Made by a program: the position numbers and the translations under genes. From Thermoplasmata archaeon HGW-Thermoplasmata-1 (GTDB lineage Archaea > Thermoplasmatota > E2 > GCA-002838935), in the NCBI GenBank assembly GCA_002838935.1, contig PGXE01000003.1, positions 1 through 34,997 of the forward strand: a stretch of DNA of 34,997 nucleotides, in the 5' to 3' direction. Positions 17,438 through 29,600 of this stretch are shown here, one piece after another. Numbering within the stretch: position 1 is the first letter of the stretch; each line of letters begins with the position of its first letter. The notes beneath the pieces were generated by a model that did no database searches, was not told where the DNA came from, and saw nothing but the letters and a program-made list of their open reading frames with translations.

Positions 17438-18832
17438 ATGAACGGACTGGACCCGATATTCAAGCCTCGTTCCATAGTCGTATACGGCGTCTCGAGGGAC
17501 GCCGACAAGATGGGATCCATCATATACGGCAACCTGAAGAGCTATACCGACCGGCTCTACATAGTCCATCCCGGCACAGAGGAGATAAACGGCGAGCGGT
17601 GCTACAAGAGCGCTGTCGACATCCCCGACGAGATAGACCTTGCCATAATCGCCCTTCCAGCCAAGTATACCGTCGGCGCAATGCGCGACTGCGCGGCAAA
17701 GGGGGTCAGGTCAGCAATACCGATAGCTGGCGGATTCAAGGAAGCGGGCGGCGACGGCGCGAACCTCGAAGAGGAGTTGAGGGAAGTCATAAAAAGTTCA
17801 GGCATGCGGGTAATCGGCCCGAATACCGTCGGCATATACATGCCGCACTCCGGCCTTAACACGCTTTTCCTTCCAAAGGACCGCATAGGCATGGCAAAAC
17901 CGGGCCACATAGCGTTGATAAGCCAGTCCGGCTTCATGGCCTCGGCATTCATGGACATGGCCTGCGCTCACGACCTTGGACTTTCCGCATTCGTCGGCTT
18001 TGGCAACAGGGCGGACGTGAACGAGAACGAGCTTGTGCGCTACTTCGCAGAGGATCCGGACACCAGGACAATCATCGTATACCTCGAATCGTTTTCGAAC
18101 GGGCGCGAGTTCATAGAGATATGCCGCGAGGTAAACAAGAAAAAGCCAGTCGTCGTGCTAAAGGCGGGCAGGACGAAAAGCGGCGCACGCGCCGCGGCAA
18201 GCCACACCGGTTCGCTTAGCGCATCCGACGTCGTGACAAAGGGCGCCCTCAAGCAGGCGGGCATAACGCGCGCGCTCGACGAGCACGAACTCCTCGACGA
18301 CGGTATAGTACTGACCTACAACCGCCCCATCTGCGGGCGGCGCATCGGCGTCGTGACGACCGCGGGCGGCGCCGGCGTTATAGCCGCGGATTACATCGAA
18401 TCAAAAGAAGCTGGCTTCGACCTTGAGATGGCGGTCTTCGGCAAGGAGACGATGGCAAGGCTAAAAGAGGCGCTCCCGCCGTTCGCGTCCGTCGGCAACC
18501 CGATAGACCTGACTGCGGCTGCTGACGATGCGATGTACGACAAGACGATAGAGTGCCTTCAGGAAAGCGAGGAGGTGGATGCGATACTCGTCTTCGCGCT
18601 TTTCCAGAGCCCCTATGTTTCCGGCGCGACCGTGGACGTGATAAAGAAGTGGTACGACAACGGCAAGAAGCCGATGGTGATCTGCTGCATAGGCGGGGAC
18701 TACACAAAGTTCTACATCGACCAGTTACACAGAAAGGGCGTGACGACCTACTCGTCTACAATACGTGCCCTCGCCGCGATAAGGACCCTTGTCGACAGGG
18801 GAACTTTCTTGAAAAGAGAAGGGATTGTCTAG
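17438..18832 (+). CDS. acdA: ADP-forming acetate/acyl-CoA ligase alpha subunit
   Basis: CoA-binding N-domain (FKPRSIVVYG), IGPNTVG, SQSG, phospho-His motif ASHTGSL, NPIDL. Confidence 0.92.
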   Translation: MNGLDPIFKPRSIVVYGVSRDADKMGSIIYGNLKSYTDRLYIVHPGTEEINGERCYKSAVDIPDEIDLAIIALPAKYTVGAMRDCAAKGVRSAIPIAGGFKEAGGDGANLEEELREVIKSSGMRVIGPNTVGIYMPHSGLNTLFLPKDRIGMAKPGHIALISQSGFMASAFMDMACAHDLGLSAFVGFGNRADVNENELVRYFAEDPDTRTIIVYLESFSNGREFIEICREVNKKKPVVVLKAGRTKSGARAAASHTGSLSASDVVTKGALKQAGITRALDEHELLDDGIVLTYNRPICGRRIGVVTTAGGAGVIAADYIESKEAGFDLEMAVFGKETMARLKEALPPFASVGNPIDLTAAADDAMYDKTIECLQESEEVDAILVFALFQSPYVSGATVDVIKKWYDNGKKPMVICCIGGDYTKFYIDQLHRKGVTTYSSTIRALAAIRTLVDRGTFLKREGIV

Positions 18833-18879
18833 AACCCCGCATCTCTTTTTGTTTTATAAAAGAGGCGTGCGCCGTCGTT

Positions 18880-19509
18880 TCAACGGCCCGTTATTTTTCC
18901 TAGCTCGGCAGATGCGTCCGACAGGTCGGCCAGGGCCTCTTCGAGGGTCGCCAGGGCCTCTTCGGGGCAGTTCTCTACCGCGCATGTCCACGCCCGATGG
19001 AATATCCTCTGGCCCCGCCTCATCTTCCCGTTTATCTCCGTCCACTTCTCGGGGTCCGTCCCGGTCTTTATGCGGTAGAGGGGTTTTTCTATCCCAAGGA
19101 CTATCTCTTTCGCCTCGTATCTGTCCATCTCGGCGGCCCACTCCAGTAGCTCCTTATGGGATAGCCCTGCCCCGGATTCGATTTTTTTTCTGGCCTCGCA
19201 GGTCAGCTTTCCAAGCATGCCGTCGTATTCCGCACCCTCTTTTTCGTGCCTCTCGTTCGCCTTTGCGACGCACTGTTTCTTTCGCTCCCGCCTTATCACA
19301 ACCGCCGAAACGGACAGCAGGACGGTTGAAATTATGAAGTAGCTGTAGTTCGGCTGGTGCCTCACCATGTCGTATATGTATTCGTGGCTTCCGGATCGGT
19401 ATATCCATTCCCCCGTGTGCGCGACCTCTACCGCCCCCATCGCAAGAAGCACCATTGCGAATATGAAGCACTCGACCGCCACTATGTATTTCCAGCCGGC
19501 CGACATCAC
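18880..19509 (-). CDS. Hypothetical membrane protein (2 TM helices plus charged helical domain)
   Basis: Two hydrophobic segments; start overlaps the OPT stop (GTGA). Confidence 0.7.
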   Translation of the reverse strand: MMSAGWKYIVAVECFIFAMVLLAMGAVEVAHTGEWIYRSGSHEYIYDMVRHQPNYSYFIISTVLLSVSAVVIRRERKKQCVAKANERHEKEGAEYDGMLGKLTCEARKKIESGAGLSHKELLEWAAEMDRYEAKEIVLGIEKPLYRIKTGTDPEKWTEINGKMRRGQRIFHRAWTCAVENCPEEALATLEEALADLSDASAELGKITGR

Positions 19510-21239
19510 GCACCACCCCCCGGAAGCGCCTTGCTTATGATATACAGGGCGTTCACCAACATCGTTATCGCGTCTCCCGCAATCAGCCCCGCAGCGAACG
19601 GAATCGCGTACTCCTTTGTCTTCTCCTCGCCGAATATCTTAGATGCAAGCGATCTGCACCAGCCGCCCGCCGCCAGGGCGAACGGGTAGGACATCGGAAG
19701 GTAGATGCCTATCCCTGCCATGACGCCGCTTATGCCTGCAACGCTCAGGGTGGTGCCAAGCACGACACCGCCGAGTATCGTGAAATATGGCACCGCGCCG
19801 CCCTTCACCATCTCGATTATTCCCTGCAGCGCGCCCGCCTGCGGCGCGGGCAGGACGTCCCCGCCTATCCCGTACGCCTTTGCCAGCACGCCGAGTATTA
19901 TGAGCGCCACTGGGATGCCGACGACAGGGCTGTATATCTGGACGAGCTGCTGCTTTCGCGGAACGGAGCCGACCAGATGCCCGGTCTTAAGGTCGTGCAT
20001 CATGTCGCTTGCCTCCCCTGCCGCAACGCAGACCGCGGCACCCATCATGACGGCTGCGTAGACGCCGGATCTGCTCGTACCGAATATGGCGAGCATGAGC
20101 AGGGTCGCTATGAGCGCCATGCCCGATATCGGGCTCATGTTGGTAAGGCCAGAGCACTCCGAGATTATGACCGCGGCCATGAATATCCAGATCATCCCGA
20201 CGACACCTGCAATTAGACCTCTGATCGGATCGCCAGACGCGATGATTCCTATCAGGCTAAGACCGACAAGACCGCCGACCGCGAGTATTATGAGCGCCTT
20301 TCCAGGCATCTCGCCCGTGTTCTTCCAGTCTGCCTTGAGTATCGATTTCACGCCGTGCGCCATCGCCTTGCCGGAGAAGACAAAACCCATGAGCGCACCA
20401 CCGATGAGCGCGCCGACGCCGAACGGTTTGAGGACGAACTGCTGGACTGCGGGGAATGCCGACTTGATCCCTTCCGCATCGCTTGCGGGCACTATCCCCT
20501 TCATGACCGCCCACGGCGCAAGGACGAAAGAGCCAAAGAGGCAGAAGACGAAGGTTATGGATGCGAGCTTTCCTCCCGTGATTATGCCTGCGCCTATCAG
20601 GGCTGTGGACACGGCAAAGGCGAACGGGATGTAGGGCGGAAGCCCAAGCCATTCCCCTAACGGCAGTTCCCTTGAAAGTGGGATGATGCGATTGAGGAAA
20701 TCGAGCCCACTGCCGATTGTCATGAGCGTTACGAGCGTTCCGATGGCAAAACCGACGAGCATTATCTTGGACTTGCGAACGCCTTCGCCGGGCGCCTTCA
20801 ATATCTCGGCGACGGCGGTGCCCCCCGGGAACGGCAGGGCGTCGATCTCTATCATCTGCTTGCGCAAGGGAATTATGAAAACGATGCCCGCAAGGGCGCC
20901 TATCACGGCCGCTATCCCCATGTAGACGAGGTTGAAGTCGTTGTAGCCAAGAAGCCAGAGCGCGGGCACCGTGAATATGAGGCCGCCCGCCACGTGCGCA
21001 ACGCCCGAACCGGAGGTCTGCGTGATGTTTATCTCGAGTATGGTGCCGTTCTTCTTGAAAATGGGGAGTATTCCTTTGAATACGCCAAAGCCGATTATGG
21101 CAACCGGGATGGATGCGCCGGGCGCTATCCCCGCCATGAGGCCGACGTAGACCGTGGCCGCGCAGATTACCACCCCGGACACAAGACCGAGTATGACCGC
21201 CTTCGGCGATATTTCCGATATGCTCTTCATAATTGCCAT
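19506..21239 (-). CDS. OPT-family oligopeptide transporter
   Basis: Polytopic; LEINITQT, LPFPGGTAVAE, DMMHDLKTGHLVG, LPAPQA, AAGLIAGD. Confidence 0.92.
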   Translation of the reverse strand: MAIMKSISEISPKAVILGLVSGVVICAATVYVGLMAGIAPGASIPVAIIGFGVFKGILPIFKKNGTILEINITQTSGSGVAHVAGGLIFTVPALWLLGYNDFNLVYMGIAAVIGALAGIVFIIPLRKQMIEIDALPFPGGTAVAEILKAPGEGVRKSKIMLVGFAIGTLVTLMTIGSGLDFLNRIIPLSRELPLGEWLGLPPYIPFAFAVSTALIGAGIITGGKLASITFVFCLFGSFVLAPWAVMKGIVPASDAEGIKSAFPAVQQFVLKPFGVGALIGGALMGFVFSGKAMAHGVKSILKADWKNTGEMPGKALIILAVGGLVGLSLIGIIASGDPIRGLIAGVVGMIWIFMAAVIISECSGLTNMSPISGMALIATLLMLAIFGTSRSGVYAAVMMGAAVCVAAGEASDMMHDLKTGHLVGSVPRKQQLVQIYSPVVGIPVALIILGVLAKAYGIGGDVLPAPQAGALQGIIEMVKGGAVPYFTILGGVVLGTTLSVAGISGVMAGIGIYLPMSYPFALAAGGWCRSLASKIFGEEKTKEYAIPFAAGLIAGDAITMLVNALYIISKALPGGGA

Positions 21240-21329
21240 CTGTCCTCTCTCCTCTGAAGGAGATGAGAATGGAGTTTCTTTTTAAAAAAGGTTATGAAGA
21301 AAAAAGGGGGCCGCCGGGGGATTTACGCC

Positions 21330-21602
21330 CTACCCGCCCATGCTGACCATCGGCGCTTCCTCGTCAATGCCTTCGGGCAGGGAAACCAGGGTCTCGGTGC
21401 TCTTTATACCCTTTATGGCATGAAGCTTTTCTGTAACGGTCCTGAGAAGCTTGTTGATGTTAGTGTCCTTGAAAAGCGCCACGAGATCGTAGCGCCCCGT
21501 GACGGCATGGACCTCGTCCGCCTGCTTAAGTTTCTCTATCGCCTTCTTCACCTCAATGACCTTTCCGGCATCGCAGTTTATCATTACGAATATCGCGCTC
21601 AT
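21330..21602 (-). CDS. Stand-alone Lrp/AsnC ligand-binding (RAM) domain protein
   Basis: AIFVMIN..VHAVTGRYDLVA..IKGIKSTETL; start moved to ATG 21602 after SD GGAGG; no HTH. Confidence 0.88.
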   Translation of the reverse strand: MSAIFVMINCDAGKVIEVKKAIEKLKQADEVHAVTGRYDLVALFKDTNINKLLRTVTEKLHAIKGIKSTETLVSLPEGIDEEAPMVSMGG

Positions 21603-21678
21603 TGTTTCCTCCAAGTAGGGGTTTGTCGAAAGGTGTATAAAAAAGTATGCGCTCGGTGCTTTCCCCGGATCGCCCTGA

Positions 21679-22365
21679 TTACAGTTCGTCGCTCTTGTCT
21701 GTGTATTTTCCCCGCTCGAATCCCATTTCCGGGAAGGGGTTTATCACGCCGGATGCCGTATTGTAGAGGTGTGCCGAGATGCGGCGCAGGTTCATGCCGA
21801 GCGCGGCGTAGACGATGGCCTGGTTGGGGGTTAAGCCCTCCTGCTTGTTTAGCAGGGCGATCAGTTCGGCGTGCATCTTCTTTATGGTCTTGTTGTGCAT
21901 GCCGGCAGCCTTTTCGGCCTTTTTTACATCTTCGTGCTTCAGCGCGTCGTGAACGAGGGGGAACATGCCGCCGACGGCCCCCATCATCTCCTTAACCTTG
22001 TCCTTGTATTCCCCGTCTTTTACATCTGCCGGGTAAAGGCAGCTTATCTGCGCTATGTTCTTGCAGTAGTCGCCGATGCGCTCGTAGTGAACCACGGTCT
22101 CAAGAAGCATGAGGGCCGCGTTTATGTCCGGTGCGCGGTTGAGGGCGAGGTAATTCATTATCTTGACCCTCACCGATATCTCGTACTTGTTCAGGCGGGT
22201 GTCGTCATATATGAGCTCCTGCATGACCGGCTTGTTATCCAGAACGCAGTCGAAGGCGTCGCCGAACATCTTTTGGGTCTTTTTGCTCATCTCCGAAACG
22301 TCGGCGTATACGTGCTCGAGTATCTTGCTTTTAGTGAAGGCGTCCCATATCGCTCTGTATACCAT
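21679..22365 (-). CDS. PhoU-domain protein
   Basis: DDTRLNKYE, ERIGDYCKNI, LRRISAH; SD AGGTGA; downstream of the Na/Pi transporter. Confidence 0.85.
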   Translation of the reverse strand: MVYRAIWDAFTKSKILEHVYADVSEMSKKTQKMFGDAFDCVLDNKPVMQELIYDDTRLNKYEISVRVKIMNYLALNRAPDINAALMLLETVVHYERIGDYCKNIAQISCLYPADVKDGEYKDKVKEMMGAVGGMFPLVHDALKHEDVKKAEKAAGMHNKTIKKMHAELIALLNKQEGLTPNQAIVYAALGMNLRRISAHLYNTASGVINPFPEMGFERGKYTDKSDEL

Positions 22366-22407
22366 GACCTCACCTGTTTGAACCTATGCGGCCTCTGTTT
22401 TAATATA

Positions 22408-23838
22408 TTATCTAAGGAGATTAGATAGCAGTATATAGATAATTGGTATGATGAAAAAGGTGGAGAGTATGAATATCGCTACGTACCTCTTCTTTTCGCT
22501 CGCCACCCGCCCGAGCCATTCCGAGAGTTGCAGTATCTTCTTGCGCAGCGGTTTTATCGGATATATGACTACCGTCGCAGTGATGTTGAACATCATGTGA
22601 ACTAAGGCGACGGTAAGCGCGGGTATGCTTCCTGTAGCCATCGAGGCGAGAAACGCGGTCAGCGTTGTGCCTATGGCTGCGCCTATCGTATAGGTGAATA
22701 TCTGCTGCAACGAAAGAAGGCCTGCTCCTGCGAACGGGATTATGAGGCTCGTCGTTACGGATGAGGACTGCACCACGGCCGTAAGCAAAAGGCCGAGAAG
22801 GAACGCGGAAATGCCGTTCTTGAAGAGATATTTCGAAACGAAATTATCCGCCTTTCCGGCAGTGAACACGCGCATCGTGGAGGTGATTAGCTTCAAAGCC
22901 CAGAAAAGAATGGCGAGCGCAAGTATGATCGAACACAATCCAACGAAAAGCGATCCGGAGTTTATCCTCGCTATCCCGTTCATCAACTCGTTGCGCAATG
23001 GTTCGACTATCGCCTTTACGGGGCTTGAAAAGGTGCTGCCCCCGCCGGAGCCGGCAAATACGGCTGCCATACGGCTTGCGATCCATTGCAGGTAACCTAT
23101 TCCAAAAAAGGCCCTTGCCAGCAACTCGGCAGGCAAAAGGATGAGAACCGCCGACATCTTGAAGAAGTCGTGCACCACCGCGCCGGAGAACGCACGCCGG
23201 AATTCGTCCTTTCTCGTTATGTGGCCAAGCGACACCAAAAGGGCGGTTATCGACGTGCCGAGATTCGCCCCCATTACTATAGGTATGGCGTTGCCCATAA
23301 ACCCCGGATTCGCGGCGACAAGCCCGACTACTATCGAAGTGGTTGCCGACGAGGACTGGATTATCGCAGTGGCGATTAGCCCTATGAAGAACCCGGTGAG
23401 CGGGTCGCTTGTCCCCCGTATAAGTCCTTCGGTAAACGAGCCTCCCATCGCCTTGAATCCGCTGCCCATGAGGTCTATCGAGAAAAGGAACGCATACACC
23501 GACAACGCGAGCACGACGGCGCGCACGCTCTTCATGGAACCGAGCCTCCTCAAAAACCGGCCAGCTTTTGAAAACCTGCGTCCGTCCTTTATGTTTTTCA
23601 TCCCCCCATGGTTGCGGTCTTCCGCCTCTTTGCCGCAGGAGTTGGACGGGATGCCTTTTGGTATCATTCCATGTTTAAGATGCGATTCGCCGTAATAACG
23701 GTTGCCCTGCGTATCGGCCGCTGCAACATCCCGTTGCGAAACGCCGCAGTTGGGGCAATGCTCTCCCTCGTGCCCCTTGCCCGCAAAACGCTCGTAGCAG
23801 TTGTGGCAAACCTTGAAATCGGCTCTATCGTCGTTCAT
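22408..23838 (-). CDS. nptA: Na+/Pi cotransporter (NptA/PNaS family), with a possible N-terminal Zn-ribbon extension (alternative start 23601)
   Basis: Duplicated QSSS motifs (IIQSSSATTS, VVQSSSVTTS), MGANLGTS, GAAIGTT. Confidence 0.92.
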   Translation of the reverse strand: MNDDRADFKVCHNCYERFAGKGHEGEHCPNCGVSQRDVAAADTQGNRYYGESHLKHGMIPKGIPSNSCGKEAEDRNHGGMKNIKDGRRFSKAGRFLRRLGSMKSVRAVVLALSVYAFLFSIDLMGSGFKAMGGSFTEGLIRGTSDPLTGFFIGLIATAIIQSSSATTSIVVGLVAANPGFMGNAIPIVMGANLGTSITALLVSLGHITRKDEFRRAFSGAVVHDFFKMSAVLILLPAELLARAFFGIGYLQWIASRMAAVFAGSGGGSTFSSPVKAIVEPLRNELMNGIARINSGSLFVGLCSIILALAILFWALKLITSTMRVFTAGKADNFVSKYLFKNGISAFLLGLLLTAVVQSSSVTTSLIIPFAGAGLLSLQQIFTYTIGAAIGTTLTAFLASMATGSIPALTVALVHMMFNITATVVIYPIKPLRKKILQLSEWLGRVASEKKRYVAIFILSTFFIIPIIYILLSNLLR

Positions 23839-23868
23839 GTTTTCCGAAGTGTATCGGCGGGTTCGTAG

Positions 23869-23968
23869 TTAATTATTCACTATATACTCTATATTTTATA
23901 TATATATTATATAAAAAAATTTTTAAATAAATAGAACAATAGCCGTATCGATAGAATGGAAGATAGAA
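23869..23968. promoter_or_regulatory. AT-rich divergent promoter with CTAT/ATAG repeats (putative phosphate-regulation operator)
   Basis: 44 nt without G/C (23890-23933); CTATAT at 23880 and 23889; ATAGAA at 23931, 23951 and 23963. Confidence 0.55.
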
Positions 23969-24979
23969 TGGAAACGAGAAAGGTGCAGCTTACGGGCGGC
24001 TCTACTTATACAATCTCCCTTCCCAAAAAGTGGACAGAGCTTGCGAATATCAAGAACGGCGACGCGCTCGGGGTGCTGCCGCAGGAGGACGGCTCCATCC
24101 TGATATTTCCCAAGGACTCGAAAAAGAAGGAAAAAAGAAGCATCTCCCTCAAGGTCGAATCTGACGACAAAGAGGAGATAGTGAGGAGGATGATCGGCGC
24201 CTATCTCGCAGGTTACACCGAGATACTGCTCACCTCGAAAGAGCGCTTTTCCCCGGAGATGCGCCAGGCGATAAGGCAGATAACCTACACACTCATAGGC
24301 CCGGAGATGGTTGACGAATCCGCGGATTCGGTGACGATACAGGATTTTCTCGACCCAAGCGAATTCCCCTTCAAAAAGGGCATACGCAGGATGTACCTTA
24401 TAGCGAGGGCTATGCAAAAGGACGCCGTGACCGCCCTTCGGGAAAGGGATTGCCAACTTGCCACGGACGTGCAGGGGAGAGACGACGAGGTTGATAGGCT
24501 CTATTGGCTCATAGCAAAACAGTACAACACCCTCCTTATAGACATGGGTTTTGCCAAAAGGATGGAAACCACTTCGGTCGAAGCTCTCGATTACCTGCTC
24601 GTCGCAAGGACACTCGAGAGGATAGGGGACCACGCAAAGAACATAGCAAAGCACGTCGAGATAATCATAGAGAAAACCGCCGGGTGCGGCGGCGAGATGT
24701 CGCTGCTGCTGCAGAAGGTGGCCGGATTTAGCGACAGCGTTCTATCTCTTCTCGACGATTCCATGACGTCGTTTATTTCAAAATCTTTCGAACTCGCCAA
24801 CGAGACCATCTGCAAGGCGAAGTCGATTGCCGCGGTCAATAAATTTCTGATGGACGACGTAGTGACGCACGGCGACAACGGAAGGCTCACGGTCTCGCTC
24901 TCCTACATGATGGCTTCTCTCAACAGGACCCGCCACTACGTGATAGACATAGCGGAGATAACGATAAACCACATACTCT

Positions 24980-24990
<11 letters not shown>
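23956..24990 (+). CDS. phoU: Archaeal phosphate uptake regulator (AbrB/SpoVT domain plus PhoU domains)
   Basis: RKVQLTGGSTYTISLPKKW; DDEVDRLY; LERIGDHA. Start may be ATG 23968. Confidence 0.92.
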
Positions 24991-26545
<1,555 letters not shown>

Positions 26546-26634
26546 CGTGTCTTCTTTTTTGTAAGCGCGTGTTTACTTTAAAAAGATTTACAGTTGGAAA
26601 CGGCTTGGCCGGCTGTGGAAAACCCGCGCGATTT

Positions 26635-29600
26635 TTAAAAGAAATCCGAGAGCTTCGATTTTTTCACCTTGTCGTTGTTGAACAGGGAATTTATGGAACT
26701 CTCCACGACTTGTATCCTCTGCTTCGTGTAGTCCGAGATTCCATACTTCTCCCCTATCTCCTTCGAAATCTCAAGATATTTCTTGACAGAGCCCTCATGA
26801 ACGGTGAGCGTCAGCTTGCCACCGCACTTGAGACAGACGCCCTTTATCGGCGGCCTTCTGAACTTGCGGTTGCATGCGGGGCAGCGGACGGTCTGCTTGC
26901 TGAAGCTCTTCAGGTTGCCGAGAAGGTCTGGCAAAAAGTGGGTCCCGATGATGCGCGACGCCACGTCCGCCTCGTCGACCGCCCGTATCTTCCTGCCAAG
27001 TTCCAGCTGCGCCTCCATCTTAGTCCGCATATCGCCAAGGGTCTTGTAAGCAGACGCGGACGGCCCTTCGGCTATGTCCGCCGTGTCGTTGGTGAAGCCG
27101 AATCCCTCGTACTGGGAAGGCGTTCCAAGCCTCCCCGAAACCGTGTCCATCAGCTTCTCGACCTCTTTTGGGTGCGCGTGCCTCTGGGTCGCACGGTAGA
27201 GTTCGAGTGGATAGCGTGACAGGCAGTCTACGTTGTGCGCCTCTTTGTCTATCTCGGAAGGGTCAAGCCGCGTCGTAAGGACGAGCGGCAGGTCCATGCG
27301 CCCGCCGCGCTTGTCGGGTATGTATGACCTGCTGAAGTTTAGAAGCCCGTCCATCAGAAGCATAACCGCGTCTTCGTCGCCGTCGCAGTTGCGGCGCTTT
27401 GCCGCATGGAAGAACGGGTGACCGTAGCAAACCTGTGCGTCCACGTAACCTATTATCCTGGAGAGGACACCGCCCGACGTGTGCGGCGCGAGGCCTATCG
27501 TGAAGTGGCCGACAAGACCGTTCATGTCGGTCGCATTGTAGAATCTTGGTTCGCCGTAGAGCTTTTCGAGGAGGTCGTCGACGAACTTCGCCGCGCGCAG
27601 GAGATACGTGCCGCACGATTTTGAAGGTATTATATCCTGCACGAACAGCTCGAGCGTTTGATCGTCGCGTTCGAGCTGGTCCCCGAGGTTGTCGTGCGCG
27701 TATCCGAGTTCCCTTAGGCGCTCCACCGTCGTCCCTATCTCGCACGGCTTGAAATGCGTCAGTGGCGCATCGGTCATGTCGAACCTTATAGTGCCGTCCT
27801 TGAACACGTAGATGCCGTGCTTTGCCCGGAGTATCCCTTTCTCCAAAAGTTCCGGCGTCTTGTTCCTCGAGGTCACGCCGATGACCGCCTTTATCGTTTC
27901 CGGCAGTATCGGTTCACCTATCCTTCTTTGCGCCTCGCGTAATTCCTGCCCGAGTTCGAGCGTCCTCTTTTCGATTCGCGCACCCGGGGCTAGCTCAACA
28001 GCCGTGGTGTGGCCGCCGCATCTGCATGCCGTACGATGCGTCTGCGCGCCGCAGGATTCGCATCTCCTGTTGCCGACCTCTACAGATATGAGCCCCTTTG
28101 CCGCAGCCTCGCGCAGCAGCCGTTGGTTGCCGCCGGCATCGCCTATCGGATAGAGTATGTGCGGAGGGGGCTGCATCTTTCTCGCATCCGCCTTTTCAGG
28201 TCGGCCCATCCTCGCGCCTATCCTAAACGGGGCCTTGGGCATGATGGTAATATCCGCAAACGCAGACACGAGGCCGAGCGCTGTCGCTCCATCCGGCGGT
28301 GATCGAGGGAATCTCCCGCTTTCGGCAACCTGTCCAGCTTTATCTTCAAGACCGAGGCAGAGCAACAACGTGTCGGCGTGCCTGTCGAATATATACATTC
28401 CATCCCTCTCGACGTGCAGCGCGCAGAGCGTTATGAGCGTGTCCTTTATCGAGGGGTCCGCGGGAATCGACAGCCGCCCCCCGGCGATTGTGCCGTTGTC
28501 GCGCAGATACGCGGACAGTTTCATCACCTCGCCCGGCGTTATATCATGCCAGAAAAGGGTGTAATCCGGGTGAAGGGGAATGCCGAATTTTTTGGAAATA
28601 AAAAGCGCATCTTCGAATGGTGGGTGTAGGAGGTCTGTTTCTCTGCCAATCTCTTTTGCAACGAGCGATGCCGCTATGGCATCCGCGCCGATGATCGCGC
28701 TCGCAGTGTTTTTTTCCGGCAGCCCGCCTAGTTTTTCCTGCAGCTCCTGAACCCACCATTCATATGAATAGGACGCGTCGGGCATGAGCGCGTTGTTCTC
28801 GGCGAACTCGCCAAACGGCACGAGTATCTCGCCCAAATCTATTATGCGCGACACTGCGGGCCTCACCTTTTTGGCCTCGGCGTAGGTGTCTACCTGCACC
28901 AGGTCGCCGTTGCCGAGAAGCACTATCGGCCCCTCTATCGAATCGCAGGGGGTGCCAAGCGTGCCCTTTCCCGGCCTCTCCACCTTCATCTGCGTCCCGA
29001 CAGCTATGAAGTCGTCTAGTATGTGCATCGTGGCGGGATTTATCGCGGTCGACGCGAGACCTGCGGTCCTCGCCCGGCCGTATCGAAGCCGAAAACCTCC
29101 CGGGCGCGAGGGGTGAGAAAGAACAGGCCTGCCTGCGATTATGTCGCGGATGTATTTAGTGGCGGGCGGTATCTCGGGTATCCCTCCCTCCGTTTTGTCC
29201 TCCTCGTCGTTCTTCGCCCCCTTGTTGACGAGGGTGTCGAGGAAGTCCCACCCCTCCAGTTTCAACCTCTTCACGTGTTTTTGTATCTTGGGAGCCTTGA
29301 GGCACATACCCTCCGCGAGCACGAGCATGGCGCCGCCGCGTATCCTGTTGGTCTCTATCCTCGGCAGGTCCCGATTGCCTGCTATCTCCTCGTCTTCGGT
29401 GCCCTCGCCGTCTATGCATATCGGGCAGCCGCGGACTATGGCCTCCACCTCGGCGTCGGAAGGCGTGTATTGCAACGAGGCGCATTGCCTGTAGGCGGGC
29501 ACCTCTTCCTTGTATCGCTCGACCTCCTTGTCCGTCGGCTTGAATTCTGCTATCCCGAACTCGCGCCTCACCACGTCTGCAAGAAGGACGCTCATCGCCT

